Source: Planctomycetota bacterium
Lineage (GTDB): Bacteria; Planctomycetota; UBA1135; GCA-002748355
Assembly: GCA_002748355.1 (NCBI GenBank)
Contig: PDSF01000046.1
Location: 204 to 64,203, forward strand
Direction of reading: 5' to 3'
Length of the DNA stretch: 64,000 nucleotides
The first letter of the stretch is position 1. Each line of letters starts with the position of its first letter. The position numbers were made by a program, and so were the translations under genes. Shown here piece by piece: positions 1 to 9,260 of this stretch. Below the pieces are notes generated by a model. That model made no database searches and had not been told where the DNA came from. It saw nothing but the letters and a program-made list of their open reading frames with translations.

Positions 1-1041
1 GGCAGCGACCTGAGGCGTATGGGTCTGCGGACCTTTGTCTACTACGTGTCCACCAGCCTCTTAGCCATCCTCCTGGCTCAGTTCCTGGTCAACGTGATTC
101 AGCCCGGCAAGGGCGCAGAGCTGGGCTTGCCGCCAAGCGACGCCTTCGCCCAGAAGCAGAGCGAGAACTTCTTTGACGTCCTGCTGCGAATGGTGCCGGA
201 GAACCTCTTCTCCTCGCTCTCCAGCAACGGGGCGATGCTGCAGATCATCTTCTTTGGGCTCATCTTCGGTATCGCGATCACCCGCACTCCCGAGCCACAC
301 CAGGGACGCATCCACAGCTTCTTCGACTCGGCCTTCGAGGTGATGATGCGCCTGGCCGACATGCTCATGAAGCTGATCCCCTACGGCGTCTTCTGCCTGC
401 TAGTGCGCACCGTCAGCGAGACGGGCTTCGGACTCTTCGTGCCCCTCGGCTGGTACTGCATCACCATCCTGGCGGCGCTCGGCCTGCACTCCCTCATCAC
501 CCTGCCGCTGATCCTGACCTTCATCGCCAAAGTCTCGCCGCTGAACTGGGCCAAGGCGATGGGACCGGCTCTGCTGACGGCGTTTTCCACCTCGTCCTCC
601 TCGATGACGCTGCCCGTCTCCCTGGAGTGCGTCGAGAAACGCGGCGGCGTCAGCAACAAGACCAGCTCCTTCGTCCTGCCGCTGGGCGCGACCATCAACA
701 TGGACGGCACCGCCCTCTACGAGTGCGCAGGTGTGATCTTTCTCGCTCAGTACTACATGAGCACCGGAGACTTCACCCTGAGCTTCTCCGGCCAAGCCCA
801 AGTCGTCCTCCTGGCGCTGCTGGCATCGATCGGCTCCGCCGGAATCCCCAGCGCCGGGCTCGTGATGATGCTCACCATCCTCAGCGCCCTTGGACTACCG
901 CTGGAGGGCGCAGCCCTGCTACTCGCCGTCGACCGCCCGCTCGACATGCTACGGACAGTCACGAACGTCTGGTCCGACAGTGTCGGCTGCGCAGTCCTAG
1001 CCAAGACAGAGGGCGAAGTGCTGGAGGCGCAGCTGCGCTAG
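1..1041 (+). CDS. Sodium:dicarboxylate / amino-acid:cation symporter (DAACS, GltP-like), 5' end cut by window edge
   Basis: The reading frame is open to nt 1. The product is a multi-TM protein with family motifs SSSSMTLP, GATINMDGTALYE, SAGIPSAGLV and DRPLDMLRTVTNVWSD. It is about 80-100 aa shorter than typical family members, so it is N-terminally truncated. Confidence 0.85.
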   Translation, partial: GSDLRRMGLRTFVYYVSTSLLAILLAQFLVNVIQPGKGAELGLPPSDAFAQKQSENFFDVLLRMVPENLFSSLSSNGAMLQIIFFGLIFGIAITRTPEPHQGRIHSFFDSAFEVMMRLADMLMKLIPYGVFCLLVRTVSETGFGLFVPLGWYCITILAALGLHSLITLPLILTFIAKVSPLNWAKAMGPALLTAFSTSSSSMTLPVSLECVEKRGGVSNKTSSFVLPLGATINMDGTALYECAGVIFLAQYYMSTGDFTLSFSGQAQVVLLALLASIGSAGIPSAGLVMMLTILSALGLPLEGAALLLAVDRPLDMLRTVTNVWSDSVGCAVLAKTEGEVLEAQLR

Positions 1042-1058
1042 CTGAGCCCGATATCGAA

Positions 1059-1106
1059 CTCGCGCAATAGCAGAACCCCGAGTCGGTGGCCCTGCTATTG
1101 CGCGAG
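1059..1106. terminator. Hairpin between convergent genes (candidate bidirectional terminator)
   Basis: Perfect 15-bp inverted repeat, ctcgcgcaatagcag (1059-1073) and ctgctattgcgcgag (1092-1106), with an 18-nt loop. It lies in the 96-nt gap between the + gene stop (1041) and the - gene stop (1138). There is no obvious U-tract. Confidence 0.5.
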
Positions 1107-1137
1107 ATTTCTCGACGACCCCTAGAGCGACGGCCCG

Positions 1138-2772
1138 CTAGAGCAGCCCCTCCAGCTTCAGCTTCTGCACAGCCTGCACCGCCGCCTTGCTGTCGGAGTC
1201 GTTTTCGATCAGCCAATGCAAGAGCTCCTGCCCAAAGCGGCGCTCCTTGTTCAGATGCTGGAGGAAGCGTTCACCCAGGTAGAGGAACTGATCGGCGCTG
1301 AGCTGCTTCTCCTGCTTGAGCCGCTTGAGCACATCGTGGTCGGCATCGATCAAGACGCGCAGCAGCCCCACCACGGGATCCCCCTCACGGTGGCTCGGCT
1401 CGGCTTCCCCACGAAGCAACAAGAGCAAGACCGCGCGCTCGTAGTGCAGGTCCGGATCGAGGATCTTCTCGATATCGCCGGGGAGGATCTCTAGGAGAGC
1501 AAAGGCCAAGCGCAGCCGCCCAGCTTCCCGTAGCTTGATCGTCTCCTTAAGCACGACCTTGCAGACCTTGTCGACGGGAGCCGCCGCCAAGACTCGATGG
1601 CAGAGTTCCCGCACCGGATCCTCAGCCTCGAACAAGGCGAGGAAACGCTGGGCCATCTTGCGCAACTGCGCTGGTTTGAGCTCCTCGGCCAGCTGGACCA
1701 AGGCATCGATCGGGCGCGAAGCCTCCTCCAGGTCACGGCCGGCGTAGAACTTCTTGACCAGGGCATCGAGCGCCGCCGGGTTCTTACCCAGCGACTTCGA
1801 GGTCGAGAGGCGCACACGCTCGTCATCATTGTCAAGGAAGGGGAGCAGCAGCTTCGCCGAAGAAGCCGTCGCAAAGTCGCCCAGCTTCTCGATCGCAAAG
1901 AGCCGAACCTCGGGGCGATCGCTTTCGAGCAAGTGACCAAGCACCGTCGCCGCTGGCGACCCGGAAAACTGTACGTCGGCGAGAACCTCAAGCGCGGGCC
2001 CGACCACGTGCAGGAAGTCCGGCTCCTTGAGGTAGCCAAGGATGGTCCGAGTCTCGGCCGGAGCAAGATGAATGCCGCGGGCGAGACCTCGGAGCCCTTC
2101 GCAGCGCACCTCGGGGGCCTTCGACGAACCGCTCGCGCTCAGGAAAACGCTCTTGCAGCTTTCATCGGCAAGCTCAACCAAGAGGCGAAGCAACTGGGCG
2201 CGGATCTCATCACCGGTCTTCTTGCCGAGACCTTTGACGACCTTTAGTAGGTAATCGTGGAGGCGAGCAAACTCCTCCGCGTTCTCTTCGGCGTCCAACT
2301 CTTGAAGCGCAGCAAGCAGCAAACGAGCAGCCGTGCGTCCGGTATGAACCTGCTCCTCGTCCTTGATGCACTGGATCAAGAAGCCCAGCGCCTCCTCGCC
2401 TCGAGTCATTGCGAGGATCCCGAGCAGGACCTCTTGCGTCTCGGGAGCAGCCTTTTCGAACTCTTTGATCAGCAAAGGTTCGATCGAGCTGCCCCGCTTG
2501 GAGAAGGCGCGCACGACCTTGGCGCGCAGCGGCCCTTCAAAATGCAGCCGTGGGATCAGAGCCGAGTGGGCAGCGTTGTTGCCTATCTCGGCAAGCGCTT
2601 CCACTGCGTAGGACTTGAGAAAGCGATCACCGTGCTCAGCAGCATTGGCCAGAGCCTTCACAACGGCAGGAGCCTTCGGCCGCAACCAGGTTAATACCTG
2701 GGCAGCGGCTACACGCTGCTCGGGATTGCCCTCTTCGAGCATCGAAACGATGCCGGAAAGAGTGTCCTTCAT
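1138..2772 (-). CDS. HEAT-repeat protein
   Basis: 544-aa ORF. It shows a repeated helical pattern typical of HEAT/PBS lyase-like repeats (EQRVAAAQVL..., RFLKSYAVEALAEIG, ERVRLSTSKSLG). Confidence 0.7.
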   Translation of the reverse strand: MKDTLSGIVSMLEEGNPEQRVAAAQVLTWLRPKAPAVVKALANAAEHGDRFLKSYAVEALAEIGNNAAHSALIPRLHFEGPLRAKVVRAFSKRGSSIEPLLIKEFEKAAPETQEVLLGILAMTRGEEALGFLIQCIKDEEQVHTGRTAARLLLAALQELDAEENAEEFARLHDYLLKVVKGLGKKTGDEIRAQLLRLLVELADESCKSVFLSASGSSKAPEVRCEGLRGLARGIHLAPAETRTILGYLKEPDFLHVVGPALEVLADVQFSGSPAATVLGHLLESDRPEVRLFAIEKLGDFATASSAKLLLPFLDNDDERVRLSTSKSLGKNPAALDALVKKFYAGRDLEEASRPIDALVQLAEELKPAQLRKMAQRFLALFEAEDPVRELCHRVLAAAPVDKVCKVVLKETIKLREAGRLRLAFALLEILPGDIEKILDPDLHYERAVLLLLLRGEAEPSHREGDPVVGLLRVLIDADHDVLKRLKQEKQLSADQFLYLGERFLQHLNKERRFGQELLHWLIENDSDSKAAVQAVQKLKLEGLL

Positions 2773-3161
2773 AGGGAGTTCCAGCTTGGTGCTGCGCCTG
2801 ATAGGGCAGGGCTTTATCGCTCAGGTCTATACTAGTCAGGGCCGCTGGCCCCCCCATTCCCCCTGGAGCCAGACCAGAACCTAAGTCCTCACTGCGCTCC
2901 CTATCCTGGGACACGGCACTTGCATCAACGTGAGACACAGTGCATTCCATCAGAACACAAGGTGTCGAAAGGACAGGGATTATAGGAGCGTGCTCCACTG
3001 CGAGCAAAACACGGCCATAAGACCAGAAAATCGCCGCAAACGCCTACTAAACCAGAACTTGCGGCAAACCAATCTCTCTCAGTGTCGCTTTTGCCGGACC
3101 TTCCCTAGAGCTTGCTCATGGACTCTCAGAGCCCAACGAACCCCGAAACCCAGAGGATTCG

Positions 3162-3911
3162 ATGACCCTTCGCCCCGCCCTAGCCCTGATCGCATTCTCC
3201 ACGGCTCTCCTAGCCTGCCGCCAAGAAAACACAGAGACGGCCCCACCGAGTTCCACAGCCAAGCCCTCCCCCGGCAAGCAGATCCAGCAAGAAGAGGAAA
3301 CCCCGCGCCAGCGCTCACATCGCCTGCTGCCGGTCCTCGAACGGATGCCCAAGGGGAACCAGGCCGACTCGGCCAGGCTTGCCAAGCCGCTGCTTCGCCC
3401 GGCCCCCGAGCTCCAGGTCCGGGTGCGCTGGATCCTGCGCAAACCCGGCGCTAACAGCATTCCCAGTCAAAAGCAGCTGGCAGAAATGGAAGCTCTCGGC
3501 CACCCGCTATCCGAGCTGGCCGCTCGCAACCTCCGAGATCGATTCCGCCGCTTTGTCAGCGACGGCGGGATCGGCGCCGTCGGCGGCAAGGATGCCGACG
3601 GCAAACGGCAAGTCCTGATGCTCCGCTTCGATCACCAGCCGTTCGGCGTGCATTCTCTCCTGCTGATTGAGGAGTTCTGGCAGCTCTGTGAGCAGCAGCT
3701 GGGAGGCCCCGTCTGGGTCATCGCCCCCGATCGCCAACTCTTACACGTGCTGCCCCGCGCTCCCGAGCAGCAGCTACGAGCAGCCGCCGGCGTCGCAGCC
3801 CACCTTTTTAGCCAGGGCACGGACCCGATCTTCGATCGCGCCATTGGTCGCAAGGGCAAACAGCTGATTGCCGGCCCGAGCTTCGCTGAACTTAGTAAGC
3901 CGTCGAAATAG
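3162..3911 (+). CDS. Hypothetical lipoprotein
   Basis: The N-terminus MTLRPALALIAFSTALLAC has a hydrophobic core plus an LLAC lipobox. No recognisable catalytic motifs. Confidence 0.6.
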   Translation: MTLRPALALIAFSTALLACRQENTETAPPSSTAKPSPGKQIQQEEETPRQRSHRLLPVLERMPKGNQADSARLAKPLLRPAPELQVRVRWILRKPGANSIPSQKQLAEMEALGHPLSELAARNLRDRFRRFVSDGGIGAVGGKDADGKRQVLMLRFDHQPFGVHSLLLIEEFWQLCEQQLGGPVWVIAPDRQLLHVLPRAPEQQLRAAAGVAAHLFSQGTDPIFDRAIGRKGKQLIAGPSFAELSKPSK

Positions 3912-3971
3912 GCGCTCGGCGGCAGAGCACCTGACCCGGTACCCTGCCACTCGCGGGCCTTCTCCAAGCAC

Positions 3972-4811
3972 CTACTGGCGCAAAATCGGCAGGCGAGAAT
4001 CGCTGAGAGAAACCGGCTCAAAAGCCCGCCTGGTCATCCGTCGCAGCCGCATTCCTGTAAAGCGCATGAAAACGTCCATCAGGCGCAGCGCGGTATCGGG
4101 CAAGGCCCGCTTTAGATAATCCATGCCGCCGCGTGGCAGGGCCAATAACTCAGCATCCTCCAGAGCCTCGATATCGAGGTCGTGCGGCAGCCCGGTAAGC
4201 GTCGAAACCTCGCCAAAAATCTGCCCCTGGCCGGCAATCTCCACCGTCTCACTACCGCTGCCTTGCTTGGAGCGACCGAGAAGCTTGACTCGCCCGGAGC
4301 TTACGATAAAGAGGCTCCGCGCTTCATCTCCTTGCCTAAGAAGCACTTGCCCTGCCGAAAGTTTGATTCGATGGCAGACACTGGCGAGGGTAACGAGGTC
4401 GAATTCACTCAGGCTATGAAAAGCAGGGAACTCCTGCATACCCTCAACGATCTGATTGATCAGCCGCATTACGTGCTCGCGCAGCTCGCAACGCATCGGG
4501 TCCCGGAGATCGAGGAAGTTCACCGCCACGAGGTAGCGGGCATCCACGGGGGATTCCGGGTCGCCTCGTAATCTCCGAATCAGCCCGGTGAGCTGCCGCG
4601 GCGCAGGCATCTCTTCGAGCGTCAACTCGATCTTCAAATGCTTACCCGCCATGGGCGCTCGATCCCAGGACAGCAGCATGCCTCCGCTCGACAAATCGCG
4701 AGTCCACGCCTCCTGCCACGACTCCTCGCCTTCGAGCTGAACGCGCACAGGCTCACGAAGCGCGACACGGAGGTTCTTGCGATAGTGAGTACGGTTGTGA
4801 AACAGGTTCAT
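3972..4811 (-). CDS. PilZ domain + cyclic-nucleotide-binding-like domain protein
   Basis: The N-terminal PilZ signature is RKNLR (RxxxR) followed by DLSSGG (D/NxSxxG), at nt 4680-4781. The C-terminal half has a CAP/cNMP beta-barrel pattern (SLFIVSSGRVKLL ... IFGEVSTLTG). The conserved phosphate-binding R-[ST]-A is replaced by HDLD. Confidence 0.75.
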   Translation of the reverse strand: MNLFHNRTHYRKNLRVALREPVRVQLEGEESWQEAWTRDLSSGGMLLSWDRAPMAGKHLKIELTLEEMPAPRQLTGLIRRLRGDPESPVDARYLVAVNFLDLRDPMRCELREHVMRLINQIVEGMQEFPAFHSLSEFDLVTLASVCHRIKLSAGQVLLRQGDEARSLFIVSSGRVKLLGRSKQGSGSETVEIAGQGQIFGEVSTLTGLPHDLDIEALEDAELLALPRGGMDYLKRALPDTALRLMDVFMRFTGMRLRRMTRRAFEPVSLSDSRLPILRQ

Positions 4812-5347
4812 GAGCTAAAGTCGTAGAGATACGCGAGGGCGTTTTTATTGATGATCGCGTAATCCAGGCGATGCAAGTTCGCGAAGTCTGGTGACACCGT
4901 GCTCTCAAGCCCCCGCAAGGTGACGTCATCCATCACAAAAAAACCGGAGGATCCTTCCAGGCCTTCTTTCTCGTAAGCCCCAGGACGGATGCGACCAGCG
5001 ATCTCGAGGTTGGTTGATCCGTGATAAAAAGCACGAATTTTGACCGGCTTCGTCTCTTTAGACTTCCCACTGAGTTTGGCTTGGAAGTAATCGCCAGCAG
5101 GGTCGACGAACTCGTGCGCAATCACGATCTCGCGCATATTGACATGAACGCGCGGCGTCTCAATCACCTCGCCTCGGCGAAGATCCACCATCTTCGCCGA
5201 GGCGACCACGAGGAACTGCTTGGCATATGACTGCAGGACCTTCGAGAGTCGCGCAAACTTGTTCTCGACCGTGCCCTTGATGAGGAACGCGTCGGTCAGG
5301 ATCAGGTCCTCGACCATAACCTGCGTGCCCGAGTCAGCTGCGTCCAT
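4808..5347 (-). CDS. Hypothetical protein (179 aa), translationally coupled to the PilZ gene
   Basis: Long ORF on the same strand. Its stop overlaps the PilZ start by 4 nt. No motif recognised. Confidence 0.6.
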   Translation of the reverse strand: MDAADSGTQVMVEDLILTDAFLIKGTVENKFARLSKVLQSYAKQFLVVASAKMVDLRRGEVIETPRVHVNMREIVIAHEFVDPAGDYFQAKLSGKSKETKPVKIRAFYHGSTNLEIAGRIRPGAYEKEGLEGSSGFFVMDDVTLRGLESTVSPDFANLHRLDYAIINKNALAYLYDFSS

Positions 5348-5396
5348 CGCATCACCGAAACCGAAGTCTCATCCCCGATCCGGCTGCGACTCAGCG

Positions 5397-6689
5397 TCAG
5401 GCCCCCAGGGACGTCAGCGCCTCACCAGCCGCATAGAGCGAACCGGTCACGAGTAACGCCCCTCCTGGATTCTCCGCCTGCGCACAGTCCAGCGCAGAGG
5501 TAATCGAGGGAGCGATCTCACAGTGCACGCCATGGCTCTGACACAGGTCGCGCACGCTTTGACTGGTTTCGCTCGTCTTGCCGACGAGGGGAGCTGCGTA
5601 TGCCCTATCGACCAGACCTAGCAGGCGACCTAAGCCCTGTTCCCATCGCTTCCCCGAGGCCACGCCAAAGACGAGGGCAAAGCGCCGCTCGGGGAAGCTC
5701 GCTTCGAGGTCGCCTGCAAGACAGGCCAAGGAGGCATTGGTATGGGCCCCATCGATCACCAAGGGCCGAGCACTGTCGACGATATGGAAACGCCCCGGCG
5801 GCAGCGCGTCTCTGAGCCAAGAATGGTCCTCCTGCCCCAGCAGCTCCTGCTCTGCTGCTGAATCCAGCTGCAGTAACAACTCGCGCGCGAGGGCAAAGGC
5901 CTGAGCCTGGGCCTGAGCGTGCAAGGGAAGCCGCAAGCAGCGGCTCGGGTGACCCTGACTCCAAAACTCGGCTTCGATCCCGTTCTCGTCGCGAGCACGC
6001 AAATCAAAACCGAAGTGCCTAGCCCCGACCCGCAGCGGCGCTTCCATCTCCTGGCAACGCTCCTCGATGATCGCCAGAGCTTCCCCCTGCGTCATCGTTA
6101 CGCAGGGCACGCCCGGGCGCAGAATGCCGGCCTTCTCACGGGCAATCGACGCAAGGTCGGGACCGAGCACTTGGGTGTGCTCCAGCTCGATCGTCGTGAT
6201 CGCACACAAGCTCTTCGGCACCACCGTGGTCGAATCTAGGCGCCCGCCAAGCCCGACCTCAAGCACGGTCCAATCGGGCTCCATCGTGGCAAAGAAGTCG
6301 AGCGCAGCCGCAGTAAAGACCTCGAACCAGGTCTGTCCCGGCAGCATGGCCTCTACGACACGCTCCAGATGGGGCGCGAAGGACTGCTCCTGAACCGGAC
6401 GTCCACGCCAGAGCACCCGCTCGAGCACGCTCCGCACATGTGGCGAGGTATAAGCGGCGACCCGCTTACCAGCCATCGTCCCCATCCATGCCAGTAGGTG
6501 GGTCGCGGTCCCCTTGCCCTTGCTACCGGCAATCTGGGTGACTTCACCCAAACGACACTGCGGCTTATCGAGCGCGGCGCAGAGGCGCTCCATATTGCAC
6601 AAGTCGAAACGGTAGCTGCTCTGCGGCTGCTGCTTCTCGTAATTGGTCAGCGAGGCCAGGCTCGCGAAAACACGGTCGAAATCGCTCAT
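5397..6689 (-). CDS. folC: Folylpolyglutamate synthase / dihydrofolate synthase
   Basis: Mur-ligase-type P-loop IAGSKGKGT. Length of 430 aa and overall pattern match FolC. Confidence 0.85.
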   Translation of the reverse strand: MSDFDRVFASLASLTNYEKQQPQSSYRFDLCNMERLCAALDKPQCRLGEVTQIAGSKGKGTATHLLAWMGTMAGKRVAAYTSPHVRSVLERVLWRGRPVQEQSFAPHLERVVEAMLPGQTWFEVFTAAALDFFATMEPDWTVLEVGLGGRLDSTTVVPKSLCAITTIELEHTQVLGPDLASIAREKAGILRPGVPCVTMTQGEALAIIEERCQEMEAPLRVGARHFGFDLRARDENGIEAEFWSQGHPSRCLRLPLHAQAQAQAFALARELLLQLDSAAEQELLGQEDHSWLRDALPPGRFHIVDSARPLVIDGAHTNASLACLAGDLEASFPERRFALVFGVASGKRWEQGLGRLLGLVDRAYAAPLVGKTSETSQSVRDLCQSHGVHCEIAPSITSALDCAQAENPGGALLVTGSLYAAGEALTSLGA

Positions 6690-6844
6690 CTATCGCAAGA
6701 TCGGGGCTGGGGAGCAGGACGCGCAAGGCCCGTTCGCATCGAAACTCCGGCTGCAAGGCTTGTCGGATCCAGCGGCCGGAATCAGGGGCGGGCTAGCGCC
6801 CGAAGTGAAACCCGCGAGCCGGCATCCGATAGAAGGGGCTGCAA

Positions 6845-7297
6845 ATGCCGCTGCATCGCCGCGGCTCCGAGGTCGAAACGATGGTTCTACACCACAAGGT
6901 CCGGGTTTTCGTGTTCCGCTACGAGGAGCAACAACCCCACTTCTTACTCCTACGGCATCAGCCACGCCTGGAAAGCCGCTTAGGGCCGGTGCACGGCACG
7001 GTCGGAATGGGTGAGCAGCTCCAAGAAGCGGTGCTACGCGAGGTCACCGAGGAAACCGGACTCCAGCACCCATCCCACCTGATCGACCTAGAGCATTTCG
7101 AGCGCCTCTGCTTCGGGGACGAAGGAGTCGTCGAGTGGGAGTTCGGCTACCAGACACTGGGGCATGGCTCGGTGATCGTGCCGGGGCCGCAGGTCGCCGA
7201 AACCATCTGGGCGAACTTCGACCGGGCCTTCCGGAGCTTGGAGTTCAGCCAAGACAGGGAGGCACTCATACGCCTACAGATGCGGCTCAGAGCATAA
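6845..7297 (+). CDS. NUDIX hydrolase (NudB-like size and layout)
   Basis: Nudix box GTVGMGEQLQEAVLREVTEETGL (GX5EX7REUXEEXGU). Length is 150 aa. An alternative ATG start lies at 6881. The gene is divergent from folC. Confidence 0.75.
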   Translation: MPLHRRGSEVETMVLHHKVRVFVFRYEEQQPHFLLLRHQPRLESRLGPVHGTVGMGEQLQEAVLREVTEETGLQHPSHLIDLEHFERLCFGDEGVVEWEFGYQTLGHGSVIVPGPQVAETIWANFDRAFRSLEFSQDREALIRLQMRLRA

Positions 7298-7375
7298 AGA
7301 GAAACACAGATTTGAGGACTCGTTCTAGCTGAGCAAAGTCGCCCCCCAGCCAAAGAGGCGGCATCCTGTCCGCCT

Positions 7376-8365
7376 ATGGTTCCGTTCCCCCCTGCCCTGC
7401 TCCACTCCCTCCTCGGCCAGATCGTCTTGATCCTCGGTGGGATCCTCGTTCTCTGGTTCGGCGCCGAAAGCACCGTGCGCAGCGCCAGCCGCCTCGCCCT
7501 GCGCCTCGGTATGTCGCCGATGCTCGTCGGCGCCACGGTGGTCGCCTTCGGCACCTCGGCGCCCGAATGGCTAGTGACGGTCTTCGCCCAAACCAACGGC
7601 GCCCCCGACATGGCCTTGACCAATATCCTCGGATCCAACGTCGCCAACCTCTCGCTGGTCCTCGGCCTGACGACACTGATCCTGCCCCTCGCCGTCCGCA
7701 GAAGCGTGCTCATCGCTGAACTCAGCTACGTGCTCATCGCCGAACTCGTCTTCCTTGGCCTGGCCTGGAATCTCGAGCTGACCGCGACCGACGGGCTCCT
7801 GCTCTTCGGTCTCTTTGCCGTTCTCTATTTCTTGATGTTCCGCAGCTCCTTCGCGATGACCGACGTGGAGGACTTGGCGCCCCCCCGACAGCAGCACTCC
7901 GTGCCGGGACAAGTCCTGATCCTGCTGCTTGGAGTCGGGGCGCTCGCAGCCGGAGCAGACGCATTCACGACTGGCGCCCAGGAGCTTGGCCGCGACCTCG
8001 GCGTCAGCGACCGCGTGCTCGGTGCAACCGTAGTGGCCTTCGGAACCAGCCTCCCCGAACTTGTCACCTGCGTTGTCGGGGCGATCCGCGGTCACTCCGA
8101 GATCTCGCTCGGAAATCTCCTAGGGAGCAACCTCTTCAACATCCTCTTCGTCGGCGGCAGCCTCTCGCTGATTGGCGGTGGAGTACAAGTCCCTGAGGGC
8201 ATCCTGAGCTTCGAATGCCTGTGGGTGCTCGGCATAACAGCCGCGCTCTGGCCGCTGACGATCTTGCCACCCAGGCGAATGCAGATCGGCCGTGGCGGCG
8301 GCTTCTTGCTCACCGCCCTTTGGGTGGTCTTTGCCACCTTATCCGTGTTCGGGAGCAAGGCGTGA
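7376..8365 (+). CDS. Ca2+/cation antiporter (CaCA, YrbG-like)
   Basis: Two alpha-repeat signatures, GTSAPEW and GTSLPEL, in a protein of about 10 TM segments and 329 aa. Confidence 0.85.
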   Translation: MVPFPPALLHSLLGQIVLILGGILVLWFGAESTVRSASRLALRLGMSPMLVGATVVAFGTSAPEWLVTVFAQTNGAPDMALTNILGSNVANLSLVLGLTTLILPLAVRRSVLIAELSYVLIAELVFLGLAWNLELTATDGLLLFGLFAVLYFLMFRSSFAMTDVEDLAPPRQQHSVPGQVLILLLGVGALAAGADAFTTGAQELGRDLGVSDRVLGATVVAFGTSLPELVTCVVGAIRGHSEISLGNLLGSNLFNILFVGGSLSLIGGGVQVPEGILSFECLWVLGITAALWPLTILPPRRMQIGRGGGFLLTALWVVFATLSVFGSKA

Positions 8366-9060
8366 CGAAGCCACGTATCGGCATCGACCTCGATTTGGAA
8401 CACGACGGCCGCCGCTGGATCTACAAGCTCTCAACGAGCTACGTCCAAGCCATCCAAAAGCTCGGGGCAGAACCCGTGCTACTGACCCCCGATGACCAGC
8501 GATCACCCCGGGAGATTTTCACCGGCATCGATGGGCTGCTCCTGACCGGAGGAGACGACCCTCATCCAGCCCTCTTCGGCGAACGAGGTACCCGGCTACC
8601 CACCCGTCTGCTCTCCTACCGGCGCGAGAACTTCCTCCTCCAGATCGCACGCGAGTTGCTCCAGAGCGAACTACCCTGCCTAGCGATTTGCCTGGGCTCG
8701 CAAATGCTGCAGGTCGCCGCCGGCGGCACGATGTGGGTCGACCTAGCCAGCCAATGGCAAGGCCCTCTCTGCCAGCACTCCGGCGGCGCTAGCCACCTGG
8801 TCCATCCGGAGCCGGGCAGCCTGCTGGAGCAGCTCTGGGAGCAGCGCTCCGCATCACTCGTTAGCCATCACCACCAGGCCGTCCGCAAGCTCGCCCCGGG
8901 CTTCCAGCTTGAGGCTCGAGCCGAAGATGGCGTCATCGAGGCCTGGCGTTCAGAGACTCACCCCTTCCTGCTCGCGACCCAATGGCACCCCGAAATACAA
9001 AGCGAAGAACTGGGCGGCAAGCGTGTGCTTAGGACCTTCTTGGACGCTTGCCAGAGCTGA
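8362..9060 (+). CDS. Class I glutamine amidotransferase-like / peptidase C26 (PuuD-like gamma-glutamyl hydrolase)
   Basis: The ORF was trimmed to the GTG at 8362, which overlaps the upstream stop (GTGA). The family pattern starts right there (KPRIGIDLD). Nucleophile elbow PCLAICLGSQMLQVAAGG and QWHPE histidine motif are present. Confidence 0.75.
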   Translation: MTKPRIGIDLDLEHDGRRWIYKLSTSYVQAIQKLGAEPVLLTPDDQRSPREIFTGIDGLLLTGGDDPHPALFGERGTRLPTRLLSYRRENFLLQIARELLQSELPCLAICLGSQMLQVAAGGTMWVDLASQWQGPLCQHSGGASHLVHPEPGSLLEQLWEQRSASLVSHHHQAVRKLAPGFQLEARAEDGVIEAWRSETHPFLLATQWHPEIQSEELGGKRVLRTFLDACQS

Positions 9061-9260
9061 ACCGCGACATCACTCGTGCGTAGGGGTAGCGTTCGACACC
9101 CGAACGGTCGACGAGCAAACCGCCAACAAGTCCTTGGCAAGGCCAGCGAGTCGCAGAGGCCAGAATCGGCATTTCCATCAGCGGCCATTGGCGGAGACAG
9201 TGCTCTGCCACCGCAAGGCTTCTTCCACGGCCTGCGAATGGGTGAGAACGAGGCAACGAG

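Noticed and set aside
2773-3161. 389-nt divergent intergenic region, scanned for SRP RNA, 6S RNA or riboswitch-like structure. A ggtgctg...caggtc stretch superficially recalled 4.5S RNA.
   Set aside because: The conserved domain IV sequence and GNRA tetraloop of SRP RNA are absent. Only trivial short stems are present. It is most simply two divergent promoter regions.
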